From NCBI GenBank assembly GCA_023247725.1, contig JAHFFW010000007.1, positions 12,243 to 76,242 of the forward strand: 64,000 nt of DNA, written 5' to 3'. Position numbers and translations under genes: made by a program. Shown here piece by piece: positions 1-10,699 of the stretch; the stretch's first letter is position 1; each line of letters begins with the position of its first letter. A model generated the notes under the pieces. The model was not told the origin of the DNA, did no database searches, and saw only the letters and a list, made by a program, of their open reading frames with translations. The stretch is from Candidatus Omnitrophota bacterium. Lineage in GTDB: Bacteria; Omnitrophota; Gorgyraeia; Zapsychrales; JAHFFX01.

Positions 1-374
1 TCGCCGGGAACTTGCATGCGTTTGGCCGTCGCACCCGTTGCAATAATAAGACTTCTTGTTTCTACCGTTTCCTGATTAGTAAAAACCTTGAAGGGTGATT
101 GATTGAGATCAACCTTTTCGACCGTTAATGTTTTGATGCGCGTCCCGCAGTTGATCGATTGCTGCCTCATGCGAATCATGAGTTCTGGACCGAGAATTCC
201 TTCTGGAAACCCGGGATAATTCTCCACCTCGGTCGTGGTCGTCAATTGGCCTCCTGCGGCGATCCCACCCGCCACCAGGCCTTCATAGAGAAGCGGATTC
301 AATTTGGCCCGGCCCGCATAAATGGCGGCCGTGTGGGCGGCCGGCCCGGAACCAATGATGACAAGATTTTCCAT
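1..374 (-). CDS. trxB: Thioredoxin-disulfide reductase (5' part; runs off the window edge)
   Basis: Not in the ORF track. Manual translation from ATG 374 gives MENLVIIGSGPAAHTAAIYAGRA...GGQLTTTTEVENYPGFPEGI, the canonical TrxB N-terminus with a GxGxA FAD motif. Confidence 0.93.
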   Translation of the reverse strand, partial: MENLVIIGSGPAAHTAAIYAGRAKLNPLLYEGLVAGGIAAGGQLTTTTEVENYPGFPEGILGPELMIRMRQQSINCGTRIKTLTVEKVDLNQSPFKVFTNQETVETRSLIIATGATAKRMQVPG

Positions 375-395
375 AGATAAAACGAATTTGCTGGA

Positions 396-1319
396 TTACT
401 CGAGCTGGTATCGGTCCAGGATTTTTGATCGGGGTTTTTTTTCGGCCTTTTCGACCAGATCATGAAGGATTTGATCGTAGCGTGGTTTGTTCTTATCTTG
501 AAAGAACAAGCCGTAGTAGCGGCGTTCCGCGTTGGAATAACGAAAGGCAGCTTCGATATCCGATGGGTTGTGTTCAATGCATTCAGTTTTATCCGTCAAA
601 CGTTTATCCGGCGCAATTCCATTCGGATGCTTGAGAAACGAAAACCAGCTGGAGGATTTGTGATCAAAATTTTCCGCATCGAAATGCGGGCAGCGCTGCG
701 AGATGTGGACAAAGGCAAATCCTGAATGCTGAAAAGCAGCGCCAAGGGTGCTCGCCAGATGATCCGGCATCCAGTCCGTGGTACTGGCGACAAAGGAAGC
801 TCCCAATCCTAAGGCGGTGCGGACCGGATTGATGGGTTCAAGCAAGGTTCCGAAGGGTTGAGTGTTTGTCGCATGACCTTTTCTGGTCGTTGGAGAAGTT
901 TGACTTTTGGTTAAGGCGTAGAGTTCATTGTCATACAACAAAAACACACATTTGAAATTTTTATTGATGCCGTGAATGAGATGATTGCCACCGATGGAAA
1001 GCGCATCGCCGTCTCCCGAATGGATAAAAATATGCAAATCCGGTCGGGCCAAAGCAAGGCCCAGGGCAACGGTAATAGGGCGTCCGTGGATCGTGTGCGC
1101 ACCATAGGCGTTGATATAATTCGGGGCGCGGCCAGAGCATCCGATTCCGGAAACGTTGACGGTTTGGGCCGCGACCATCTGCTGGTCCACCATAAACCGT
1201 TTGATGGCGGCGATGATGCCAAAATCACCACAGCCGGCGCACCAACGGGGATTTTCAATATGCAAATCCTTCAGAGTCAAAGGCTGACCCGAAGGCTTAT
1301 CTTGTATTTGCGTACTCAT
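396..1319 (-). CDS. korB: 2-oxoacid:ferredoxin oxidoreductase beta subunit (TPP-binding)
   Basis: WCAGCGD, SGIGCS, HGR and GDGD...GGNH motifs. Start moved to ATG 1319 (AAGGAG RBS, overlaps the alpha-subunit stop). Substrate specificity not determinable. Confidence 0.9.
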   Translation of the reverse strand: MSTQIQDKPSGQPLTLKDLHIENPRWCAGCGDFGIIAAIKRFMVDQQMVAAQTVNVSGIGCSGRAPNYINAYGAHTIHGRPITVALGLALARPDLHIFIHSGDGDALSIGGNHLIHGINKNFKCVFLLYDNELYALTKSQTSPTTRKGHATNTQPFGTLLEPINPVRTALGLGASFVASTTDWMPDHLASTLGAAFQHSGFAFVHISQRCPHFDAENFDHKSSSWFSFLKHPNGIAPDKRLTDKTECIEHNPSDIEAAFRYSNAERRYYGLFFQDKNKPRYDQILHDLVEKAEKKPRSKILDRYQLE

Positions 1320-3123
1320 GGAGATACTCCTTAGCAGTTCCATAGATACCTTTTGGTCGGATCGGTCGACCGGTTGCCCTCGCAATCATGCCACGGATAT
1401 CCATTAAGGTTTCGGCTCGAAGCAGCATGGCTAAAGGCGGAGGCTTGATGTCATCACCATAGGCGACCTCAACCGTGACCACGCGGTTAAATTTGGAAAA
1501 CATTTCTTTAAGCATCATCGGCAAAGGATGTACGATCTTCAAATGCATTCCGGATACTGGCAGACCATCGATCTGACAAAGATTCATGGCTTCCTCAATC
1601 GCACCGCGCGTACTGCCCCAACCGACGATCAATAGCTCCCCCTCTTCTTTTCCAAACATCTCGGGTTTGGTCAGGGCTCTTTTAACGAGATGCACTTTAT
1701 GATTACGCACGGCGTGCGAGCGTTGATTGGTTTTGGAAAAATAATTGATTTTCCCTTCCTTGTCGGTATTTAAGCCTGTCACCCGACGCATGGCACCCGG
1801 CATTCCGGGGATGGATTGCACCGCACGGACCATTTCAATGTTTTCCGGTAAGCGTTGGATGTGAAAACGTTCGAAAACAAAATCCGGGATTTCGTTGATG
1901 TTAGTGATTTCATTGACCTTGAGTTTATCAATGATCTTATAGCTGTTAGCGGTTTGAAAGTCTGTCATGATAAAAATCGGCAATCGCAACTTTTCCGCGA
2001 GATACCGCGCCATTTGCGGGGCATAAAAACAGTCAATGACATTGGCAACGCTTAAGACAATCTTTGTATTATCACCATGGCAACCAAAAATGACCGCCGG
2101 CAAATCGGATTGTTCGGTTTTTGTGGGCATTCCGGTCGACGGGCCGGAACGTTGGGCATCAATGATCACAATGGGAATTTCGGCCGCCGAGGCATAGCCG
2201 ATAAATTCCTGTTTAAGGGAAAGTCCTGGCCCGGATGTGCAGGTGATCGCTGGAACACCACTAAAGTAAGCCCCAATCGCGGTGCCAATGGCCGCAATCT
2301 CATCTTCGGCCTGATGGACCATCCCGCCATAATTAGAAAAATTCTTGGCGAGGGTGTGCATGATGGAGGAAGCTGGCGTGATCGGATACCCAGAAAATAA
2401 TTTGAACCCCGCATCAATGATCCCCATGCTTAAAGAGGTATTTCCATCAATCAGGATTTTTTCCCCTTCAGCCCGGCGGGAATTGATTTCAAAGGCAAAC
2501 GGGATGTGTTCCTGCGCGTAAGCATATCCATGTTCAAAAATGGTCAGGTTTTTGTTTAAGATGTCTTCTTTGAGTTTCTTCCCGAACGTCTTAATGATTT
2601 TGCTTTTGACAACCTCGGGTGAGGTCAAGTAAATCGCGGCCAGCATTCCTAAATAATACATATTGCTGCCAGAACCTCCCATGCTTTTGATCATGGCCTT
2701 GGCCTGTGCATCGATCTGAAAAGGGAAGATCGAAAGACCCAAGACCGCTAACCGCTTGCAAACCATTTCATAGATCTCTTCATTGCCCGGTTTATCGCCC
2801 ATATCCAAAAGGACTCGACAATTGGGATTTGTTTCTTCATCATCCAGCCGGCGGTCCAGCACGATCTCATGCGAAGCCAGAATCACATCCGCGTCATTAC
2901 CGATATTAGTGATATCAAAATCAGCAACACGAATGATGACACCCGAAAGAGCCGGGCGGGTCCGTGGCGGCGGACTGATTTCCGCCGGGATCATCGGTTC
3001 AATGTAAACATATTTCCCGGTATCGGCAAAAGCGCTGATGAGAATATCGCCCGCTTTTTGGGCTCCGAAACCGGCATCCATCAATAATTCAAAACGTGAG
3101 ACTTTCTTTTTTTCCTTGATCAT
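1297..3123 (-). CDS. korA: 2-oxoacid:ferredoxin oxidoreductase alpha subunit (fused gamma domain)
   Basis: GYPITPAS, QAEDEIAA, TSGPGLSLK and QRSGPSTGMPT motifs; 608 aa. Confidence 0.9.
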   Translation of the reverse strand: MIKEKKKVSRFELLMDAGFGAQKAGDILISAFADTGKYVYIEPMIPAEISPPPRTRPALSGVIIRVADFDITNIGNDADVILASHEIVLDRRLDDEETNPNCRVLLDMGDKPGNEEIYEMVCKRLAVLGLSIFPFQIDAQAKAMIKSMGGSGSNMYYLGMLAAIYLTSPEVVKSKIIKTFGKKLKEDILNKNLTIFEHGYAYAQEHIPFAFEINSRRAEGEKILIDGNTSLSMGIIDAGFKLFSGYPITPASSIMHTLAKNFSNYGGMVHQAEDEIAAIGTAIGAYFSGVPAITCTSGPGLSLKQEFIGYASAAEIPIVIIDAQRSGPSTGMPTKTEQSDLPAVIFGCHGDNTKIVLSVANVIDCFYAPQMARYLAEKLRLPIFIMTDFQTANSYKIIDKLKVNEITNINEIPDFVFERFHIQRLPENIEMVRAVQSIPGMPGAMRRVTGLNTDKEGKINYFSKTNQRSHAVRNHKVHLVKRALTKPEMFGKEEGELLIVGWGSTRGAIEEAMNLCQIDGLPVSGMHLKIVHPLPMMLKEMFSKFNRVVTVEVAYGDDIKPPPLAMLLRAETLMDIRGMIARATGRPIRPKGIYGTAKEYLHEYANTR

Positions 3124-3216
3124 GGTTTCCCTTCAAGTCCGCCAAATTGCTAAATTTTTGGTATAAGATTGGTTGTTACTATAATCTTTTTACTTGTGCC
3201 GTGCAAGGCATATTCA

Positions 3217-3291
3217 AATTATTCTGCTTCGCCCCGCCGAAGACGGGGCTTCGCAGGAATATTCTCTCGAACAGAATAATTCCTCCGAAGC
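3217..3291. repeat. Overlapping inverted repeats in the bioB-korA spacer
   Basis: gccccg/cggggc hairpin at 3231-3249; aattattctg (3217-3226) is the reverse complement of cagaataatt (3272-3281); imperfect gcttcg...cgaagc stem at 3248-3291. Confidence 0.65.
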
Positions 3292-3344
3292 AAAAGAGAT
3301 AGGGACTATTTCTTTTGCGAAGGAGAATAAAAGGACATCAACTT

Positions 3345-4454
3345 TTAAGTGCCTTGACCTGATGGATGATCTTTGTGAGGTCTTAAATCGGCTAAATCTT
3401 TCATCACAAAAGATTCACGATCGTCTTGAATCGTCCCCTGAACTTCTTCATTGGCCAAGATTTGGTCAACCGAAAATTCCGAATTGATTTCAAAACCAGC
3501 ATCTTTGATCATTCGCAAGGTTCTTGCCCGATGGGAGCCTTTGACATTGAGATAGCCATCCAAGAATAAAGAATTGGCGGGATAAAGGGACATGACCTCC
3601 ATACTCCTTAGATGACCTTCCCGACCCGCTGCCACCCGAAGTTCCGAATCAGGATTAAGAAAACGGAACAAGCACAACACCCGCAAACAAAATTCCGGCG
3701 TCAATTCCGAAATCACTTTCAGCTGGTTGCCCCCAATAGGAATCAAAAAATTGACAGGAATGGAACGAGCCTGGATCTGCCGCAGTCTGTAAGCTACTTC
3801 AATAATGTCATCGATCGTTTCCCCCAATCCCACGATCATTCCGCTGCAAATTTGTAATCCGGCTTGCCGCGCCGCTTGTAGGGTTCTTAATCGATCCTCA
3901 AAGGTATGAGTTGTACAAATTTCTGGATAATGCCGTTGGGAGGTATTGAGATTGTGATTAAGGCGATCGAGGCCGGCGGCCTTTAACTGCTGGGTTGCCG
4001 ATTCATCCATAATTCCAGCGGAAACGCAAACCTCAATCGGATAGGTCGATTTGATTTCACGGATTAATCTCGAAAGATGTTCAATGCGTCGGCCGGAAGG
4101 CCCCCGCCCGGCAAAAACCATGCAATAGCGGAAAGCCCCTCTTTCATAAGCGCTTTTCGCTTCTTGTAAAATTTCCTGGTTGGATTTAAGAGGGTATTCA
4201 TCGATATCCACCTGCGATGTCTTGGCTTGAGCGCAGTAATGGCAGTCTTCGGGACAAAACCCATTTTGGGCATTGTTGAGGATGTGGATAGAAACCACTT
4301 TACCAGTGTAGGTTTTCCGAACCTCAAAAGCGGCGTCCAGAAGCGGCAAAAGTTCGATTTCAGGCGAACTGAGGATGCGCGTACACTCTTGTATATTCAA
4401 TGTTTCATTGGCCAAGACTCTCTTGACCAAATCACAATAGGATGACCTGTCCAT
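3345..4454 (-). CDS. bioB: Biotin synthase
   Basis: Radical SAM motif CPEDCHYCAQ, NHNLNTS, [2Fe-2S] ligand contexts RYCMV, EVCVS and ICSG, and AAGRE. Confidence 0.96.
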   Translation of the reverse strand: MDRSSYCDLVKRVLANETLNIQECTRILSSPEIELLPLLDAAFEVRKTYTGKVVSIHILNNAQNGFCPEDCHYCAQAKTSQVDIDEYPLKSNQEILQEAKSAYERGAFRYCMVFAGRGPSGRRIEHLSRLIREIKSTYPIEVCVSAGIMDESATQQLKAAGLDRLNHNLNTSQRHYPEICTTHTFEDRLRTLQAARQAGLQICSGMIVGLGETIDDIIEVAYRLRQIQARSIPVNFLIPIGGNQLKVISELTPEFCLRVLCLFRFLNPDSELRVAAGREGHLRSMEVMSLYPANSLFLDGYLNVKGSHRARTLRMIKDAGFEINSEFSVDQILANEEVQGTIQDDRESFVMKDLADLRPHKDHPSGQGT

Positions 4455-4482
4455 GAATTTCCTACTTTGTACGATTGAGTTT

Positions 4483-4511
4483 ATTCTATTATAAAAGTGT
4501 CAGGATTTCAA
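4483..4511 (-). promoter_or_regulatory. Putative sigma70 promoter of bioB
   Basis: TTGAAA-N17-TAGAAT on the minus strand. Confidence 0.5.
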
Positions 4512-4557
4512 ATAGGGTTTTCGTATTTTATGAAGAACGATGTAAAAGATAATTCCC

Positions 4558-4585
4558 TTGCATTTTGTGCCAATTCCGATATAGT
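4558..4585 (+). promoter_or_regulatory. Putative sigma70 promoter of the 611-aa gene
   Basis: TTGCAT-N16-TATAGT, about 50 nt upstream of ATG 4634. Confidence 0.45.
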
Positions 4586-4633
4586 AAGCCTAGTTAAAAC
4601 CACCTAAGAATTCGCTAAGGTCCTCAAAATGCA

Positions 4634-6469
4634 ATGAAAAAATCTATCCATTCCTTTCATATTCCTGTTATGGGAACCGGATTTTCAATTGATACCCCAA
4701 TCAAAGTCGCGAAGTATGGAGTTTCTTCGGTGATTTCCATTGTGGATGATTCCCTCATTGAAGAGATGCGGCAGTTTTATTGTTCGGTGGTGGGGGAAAC
4801 CTATACACCCATTACGAAGCAGGAAGAAGACTACCGGGCCCGGCGCATCACCGCATATCTTAATTTGGTCGACCGCATCGTTAAAAAACAGTTTGAAGAT
4901 TTGAAGAATTCGAGCTTCGAGCCTAATTCCGAAATCACGAAATACTTTGAGCTTTTGGCCGAGGATTCTCTCCTAAAGACCCTTTACCATATCATGTTGT
5001 GCACGAAGGACGAGCAAACCAAAAAAGATTTGCAACAAACCTTGCGCAGTATGATGATGCCAGGAGATATCAATGTTAACATTATGACGAAGTTGGACCG
5101 AACCAATTATGCACCTAACGGCACCGAGCTTCCTCCGGAATATTCTGATGCCCTAGCGGCCCTGCGCGGCTTTGCTAATAGCACGCTTAACTCATCCATT
5201 GTCTTTTCCGCCGGATTCAACCGCCGACTCTATGCCTATGTTGAAACCTTTAAAGATTTTTATGCGGATATCAAGGGATTTATCAAAAAGAAAATTATCA
5301 TCAAGGTCAGTGATTTCCGTTCGGCCATCACCCAGGGAAAATTCTTTGCCAAAAAAGGGTTGTGGGTCTCGGAATATCGAATCGAATCGGGTCTCAATTG
5401 CGGCGGGCATGCCTTTGCCACAGATGGGTTTTTGATGGGGCCGATCTTGGAAGAGTTCAAGAATAAAAAGGCGGAACTGATTGAAAGTTTGCATCTTCTG
5501 TGCAATGAGGCCTTGAAGCTGAAAAACAAAATCCCATTTTTAAAAGTTCCGGAGGTCCGCATCACCGCCCAAGGAGGAATTGGCACAGCGAAAGAAAACC
5601 GCTTTCTCTTGAATTATTTCAAACTGGATGGAACCGGTTGGGCCACTCCCTTCTTGCTGGTTCCGGAGGTGACCAATGTGGATGATGAAACCTTAAAAAA
5701 ATTAAGCGCCGCCACTGAGGATGATCTTTACTTGAGCGATGTTTCTCCTCTAGGAATTCCTTTCAATAACCTGCGTTCCTCCATCAGTGACGGAGAAAAA
5801 GAACGCCGGGTGACAGAAGGCCGCCCCGGGAGCGCCTGTCCCAAAGGACATCTGGTTTCCAACACGGAATTCACCAAAGAACCCATTTGCACAGCCTCCC
5901 GGCAGTACCAAAAATTAAAGCTGGATCAATTGAACAAAATGAAACTCGATCCTTCGCAATTTCGTCGAGTTTTTTCTGATATCGTCAAAAAGGCCTGCAT
6001 CTGCAATGATCTGGGGGAAGCCCCCTTAATTAGGAACAAAATCGGCAAGGAGTGGGTCCAACGCTTTACGGCCGTTTGCCCAGGGCCGAATATTGCTTAT
6101 TTTTATAAAATTTCCTCTTTGGCGGAAATGGTTGGCCATATTTACGGGCGATTGAATTTATTGAATTCGACCTACCGGCCGAATATGTTCATCAAGGAAT
6201 TAAAAATGTATATTGATTACCTAAAAAATGAGATTCAAAAATCCGCTCAGCCGACAGACAAACAAATCGCTTACTTTAATGAATTCAAAAAGAATCTTTT
6301 TGAGGGAATCGAGTATTATCGAACCCTGATCCCCAAAATGCTTGAGGAAACACAAGAATACCGTGATCGAATGTACGCAGAATTAATGGGGTTTAAAGGA
6401 AAACTCGAGGCACTGATTGAAGAATACCAAGATTTTTTTCCGGTTTCATTGGAGCCGGTGACGGTATAA
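4634..6469 (+). CDS. Conserved hypothetical protein; probable FMN-binding TIM-barrel oxidoreductase (NMO/FabK/FabX-like) with a Cys-rich C-terminal region
   Basis: 611-aa ORF with motifs IPVMGTGFS, IESGLNCGGHAF, ITAQGGIG, GWATPFL and SPLGIPF, and Cys in ACPKG, ICTAS, ACICND and VCPGPN. The CDS is certain; the function is inferred. Confidence 0.75.
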   Translation: MKKSIHSFHIPVMGTGFSIDTPIKVAKYGVSSVISIVDDSLIEEMRQFYCSVVGETYTPITKQEEDYRARRITAYLNLVDRIVKKQFEDLKNSSFEPNSEITKYFELLAEDSLLKTLYHIMLCTKDEQTKKDLQQTLRSMMMPGDINVNIMTKLDRTNYAPNGTELPPEYSDALAALRGFANSTLNSSIVFSAGFNRRLYAYVETFKDFYADIKGFIKKKIIIKVSDFRSAITQGKFFAKKGLWVSEYRIESGLNCGGHAFATDGFLMGPILEEFKNKKAELIESLHLLCNEALKLKNKIPFLKVPEVRITAQGGIGTAKENRFLLNYFKLDGTGWATPFLLVPEVTNVDDETLKKLSAATEDDLYLSDVSPLGIPFNNLRSSISDGEKERRVTEGRPGSACPKGHLVSNTEFTKEPICTASRQYQKLKLDQLNKMKLDPSQFRRVFSDIVKKACICNDLGEAPLIRNKIGKEWVQRFTAVCPGPNIAYFYKISSLAEMVGHIYGRLNLLNSTYRPNMFIKELKMYIDYLKNEIQKSAQPTDKQIAYFNEFKKNLFEGIEYYRTLIPKMLEETQEYRDRMYAELMGFKGKLEALIEEYQDFFPVSLEPVTV

Positions 6470-6493
6470 GTCATTGTGTTGAAGTTAAAATGC

Positions 6494-6535
6494 GGGGGCG
6501 GCCTGAATGTGAGTTGCAGGCCGCCCCCTTTGTTT
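6494..6535 (+). terminator. Rho-independent terminator between the convergent 611-aa gene and thiC
   Basis: 12-bp stem gggggcggcctg/caggccgccccc followed by tttgttt. Confidence 0.85.
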
Positions 6536-6550
6536 CATTCCAAAATTTTT

Positions 6551-8356
<1,806 letters not shown>

Positions 8357-8398
8357 TTATTTTTAAAATATCTAGAAAACGAAAGGAAAACCTTCGGC

Positions 8399-8427
8399 AT
8401 TATATTACAAAGCTCAGCTTTGAGCAA
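8399..8427 (-). promoter_or_regulatory. Putative thiC promoter with a palindrome in the spacer
   Basis: TTGCTC-N17-TATAAT; CAAAGC-TCA-GCTTTG palindrome at 8408-8422. Confidence 0.55.
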
Positions 8428-8493
8428 TGGATTCATCTTTGAATTCGACAATGGGGCTATGGAGAGGAACTTCTAAAGGCTAGAAGGCTGGAG

Positions 8494-8865
8494 TTAGCTG
8501 AACGATGTTCCGCAACCGCAGCTGCTTTTGGCATTGGGGTTTCGGTACTTGAATCCGCTTTCCTTCAATGAATCAACGTAGTCCACCTGAATTCCCTTTA
8601 AAAAGGGAACGCATTCGGAATTGACGAGGATTTTCAAATCGCCTTGAGAATTGATGATGTCATTGTCATAAGCTTTCTTTTGAAAACTCATTTCATAAGA
8701 AAGGCCGGCACAGCCGCCGGTGACGACACCAATCCGCAAAAGATAATCGGCCTTGCCTTCTTTTTGCATCATCGACTTGATTTTGGCCACGGCCGAGTCG
8801 GTTAAGGTCACAACCGACCCGGAATCCGGGAGGCTTGTCTGATTGTTCTGTTTTGTAGTTTCCAT
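8494..8865 (-). CDS. iscA: A-type Fe-S cluster carrier (IscA/ErpA/HesB family)
   Basis: GGCAGLSY and NPNAKSSCGCGTSF motifs; start moved to METT. Confidence 0.92.
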   Translation of the reverse strand: METTKQNNQTSLPDSGSVVTLTDSAVAKIKSMMQKEGKADYLLRIGVVTGGCAGLSYEMSFQKKAYDNDIINSQGDLKILVNSECVPFLKGIQVDYVDSLKESGFKYRNPNAKSSCGCGTSFS

Positions 8866-8946
8866 TCGAATTCTCTTTTTAACAACATGATCTATAAGAG
8901 ATATAGCATACCCGTCGAAAAATTTCAACACACAATATGAAGGTGT

Positions 8947-10116
8947 TCAGGTTTTGACTTTGGGATAGAACAGGGCAATAGAACTGGTAAATCCGTGTAG
9001 AAAATTATTTTTACAGACAGGGCCTATTTCACCGGCACAAAAAAAACCGGCGGCCGGAACAGGGCCAAGATATTTTTGGATGATCTGGATATCGTGATTG
9101 GGCTGCCGGAACAAATTCTCTCCTCGGCCGTTACAAGAAAAAACCAGGGCTCCTTTAGGTTTCTCTTTATTTTTGTTCTGCTGGGCCGAAAGGAGTTCAT
9201 TGAGATCTTCGGTCGCGGCTTCTGCGTCCCGGATGTGGAACTGAATCGTTTGGCCGGGTTTGACATAATCGGCGATCGCCCCCGCTCCGGTATTACGATC
9301 GATGCCGATAAGCCCCCGGATCAAAAAATCGCCGCGTTTGAATTGATGCTGATACTCATTCATGGCGATACCAACGAACAGGGCTTCCTGAGCCAGAAGT
9401 TTATCTTTGGCAGGAATTTTATAAAGGACATTCTGCAAGACCTCAATGAAAGGTTTGCCGGCCAGTTCGTGGACTACATTGTCCTGGGCTTTGGTGACGA
9501 TGTAGGTTTCGCCAATCGGTCGGCAACCTTGCGAGACAACTGCTTCCACCTGGATGGGTCCGGTGAGGATGACTCCCACGAGCCCTTCTTCAAATTGTTT
9601 TTGATTAAGAAATAAGGTGTTCTCCAATGGCTGATACGCTCCCGAGGCTAAACCGCCCACGATCGAACAATGGGGGAAAATTTTATTTAACTGATCCAGA
9701 AAACGATTCATATCAAATTGAAAAGGGTCGGGTAAAATGAGAAAAATGGGGTTTTCATTGGGATAAACCTCCAAAAAATTAAACCACGCCTCTGGAGTAC
9801 TCAAGGTCTCCATTTGAGTTTGGTTGATGCAAAAGGCCAAAATTTTGACTCCGGGAAGCTTGGCTAAGATCAAGGAGGTTGCGGGTTGGCGCTCTATTTC
9901 CGTTTGCTCCCCAATAATCCCCGCACAGGTGCAGCCTAACAAATTTTTAATTTTTATACGGCGATTGATGAGTTCGATGATTTCTTCCGTGGAGGTTTTG
10001 CCAAATGAGGAAATGAATAGAAAACCTAGATCGAATTCGGCCTCCAGGCCTTCCGTGAGTTCCCGAACAATCTTTTGGGTATCAGTTTGAGTGGTAATGC
10101 GGCTAAAAAATTCCAT
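8947..10116 (-). CDS. FIST (NosP-like) sensory-domain protein
   Basis: GGLASG, VSQGCRPIG, FSCNGRG and GFFCAGEIGP motifs of the FIST_N and FIST_C domains. Confidence 0.9.
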   Translation of the reverse strand: MEFFSRITTQTDTQKIVRELTEGLEAEFDLGFLFISSFGKTSTEEIIELINRRIKIKNLLGCTCAGIIGEQTEIERQPATSLILAKLPGVKILAFCINQTQMETLSTPEAWFNFLEVYPNENPIFLILPDPFQFDMNRFLDQLNKIFPHCSIVGGLASGAYQPLENTLFLNQKQFEEGLVGVILTGPIQVEAVVSQGCRPIGETYIVTKAQDNVVHELAGKPFIEVLQNVLYKIPAKDKLLAQEALFVGIAMNEYQHQFKRGDFLIRGLIGIDRNTGAGAIADYVKPGQTIQFHIRDAEAATEDLNELLSAQQNKNKEKPKGALVFSCNGRGENLFRQPNHDIQIIQKYLGPVPAAGFFCAGEIGPVCKNNFLHGFTSSIALFYPKVKT

Positions 10117-10241
10117 GGCACCTCTTTATGGAGTTCAATATGTTTAATATTGTACCCGATGTTCACACCCGAAATCGAGAAGAAAATTGGTTATTTTGTC
10201 ACGGGGATGGAAAAGCTTAAGGATTCCGGGGAATTCATCGA

Positions 10242-10661
10242 TCAAGCCCGGATCATGAGGATAGGGATACGCGTACGATGACGCAAATCCTCGGCCACAC
10301 TTCCCAAAAAGATATCCTTCCAAAAACGGTGACCGTGCGTGGACATGGCAATCAGATCGCAATCTTCCTTTTCCGCGGTGGAAAGGATTTCCCGGGCGGG
10401 TTCGCCAGTGGCCAGACAGGCCGTGACCTGAAAGCCTTCTTTGGTTAATTCGTCTTTGATTTGATTTAAATACTGACGATCATTGCGGATTTCCTCCGAG
10501 TCTTCGAGATTCAGCTGCTGTTGGTAACGCGCGGCATAACCGTCGGCCACGTGAACGAGAACGATGCTGGCGCCGACTAAGCGCAACAGTGGCCGGATAT
10601 GTTTCAAGATCACATTATCCGTTGGAGAATTGTCCAGGGGAACCAGGATTCGTTTGTACAT
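10242..10661 (-). CDS. Universal stress protein
   Basis: MYKRILVPLD...DLIAMSTHG...LGSVAE. Confidence 0.93.
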   Translation of the reverse strand: MYKRILVPLDNSPTDNVILKHIRPLLRLVGASIVLVHVADGYAARYQQQLNLEDSEEIRNDRQYLNQIKDELTKEGFQVTACLATGEPAREILSTAEKEDCDLIAMSTHGHRFWKDIFLGSVAEDLRHRTRIPILMIRA

Positions 10662-10699
10662 TCATTTTCCCTCTTTCACTGATAAGAATGATCACCCTT

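Noticed and set aside
3194-3487. 97-aa plus-strand ORF
   Set aside because: It overlaps the bioB 3' end in antisense, runs through hairpins and has no motifs.
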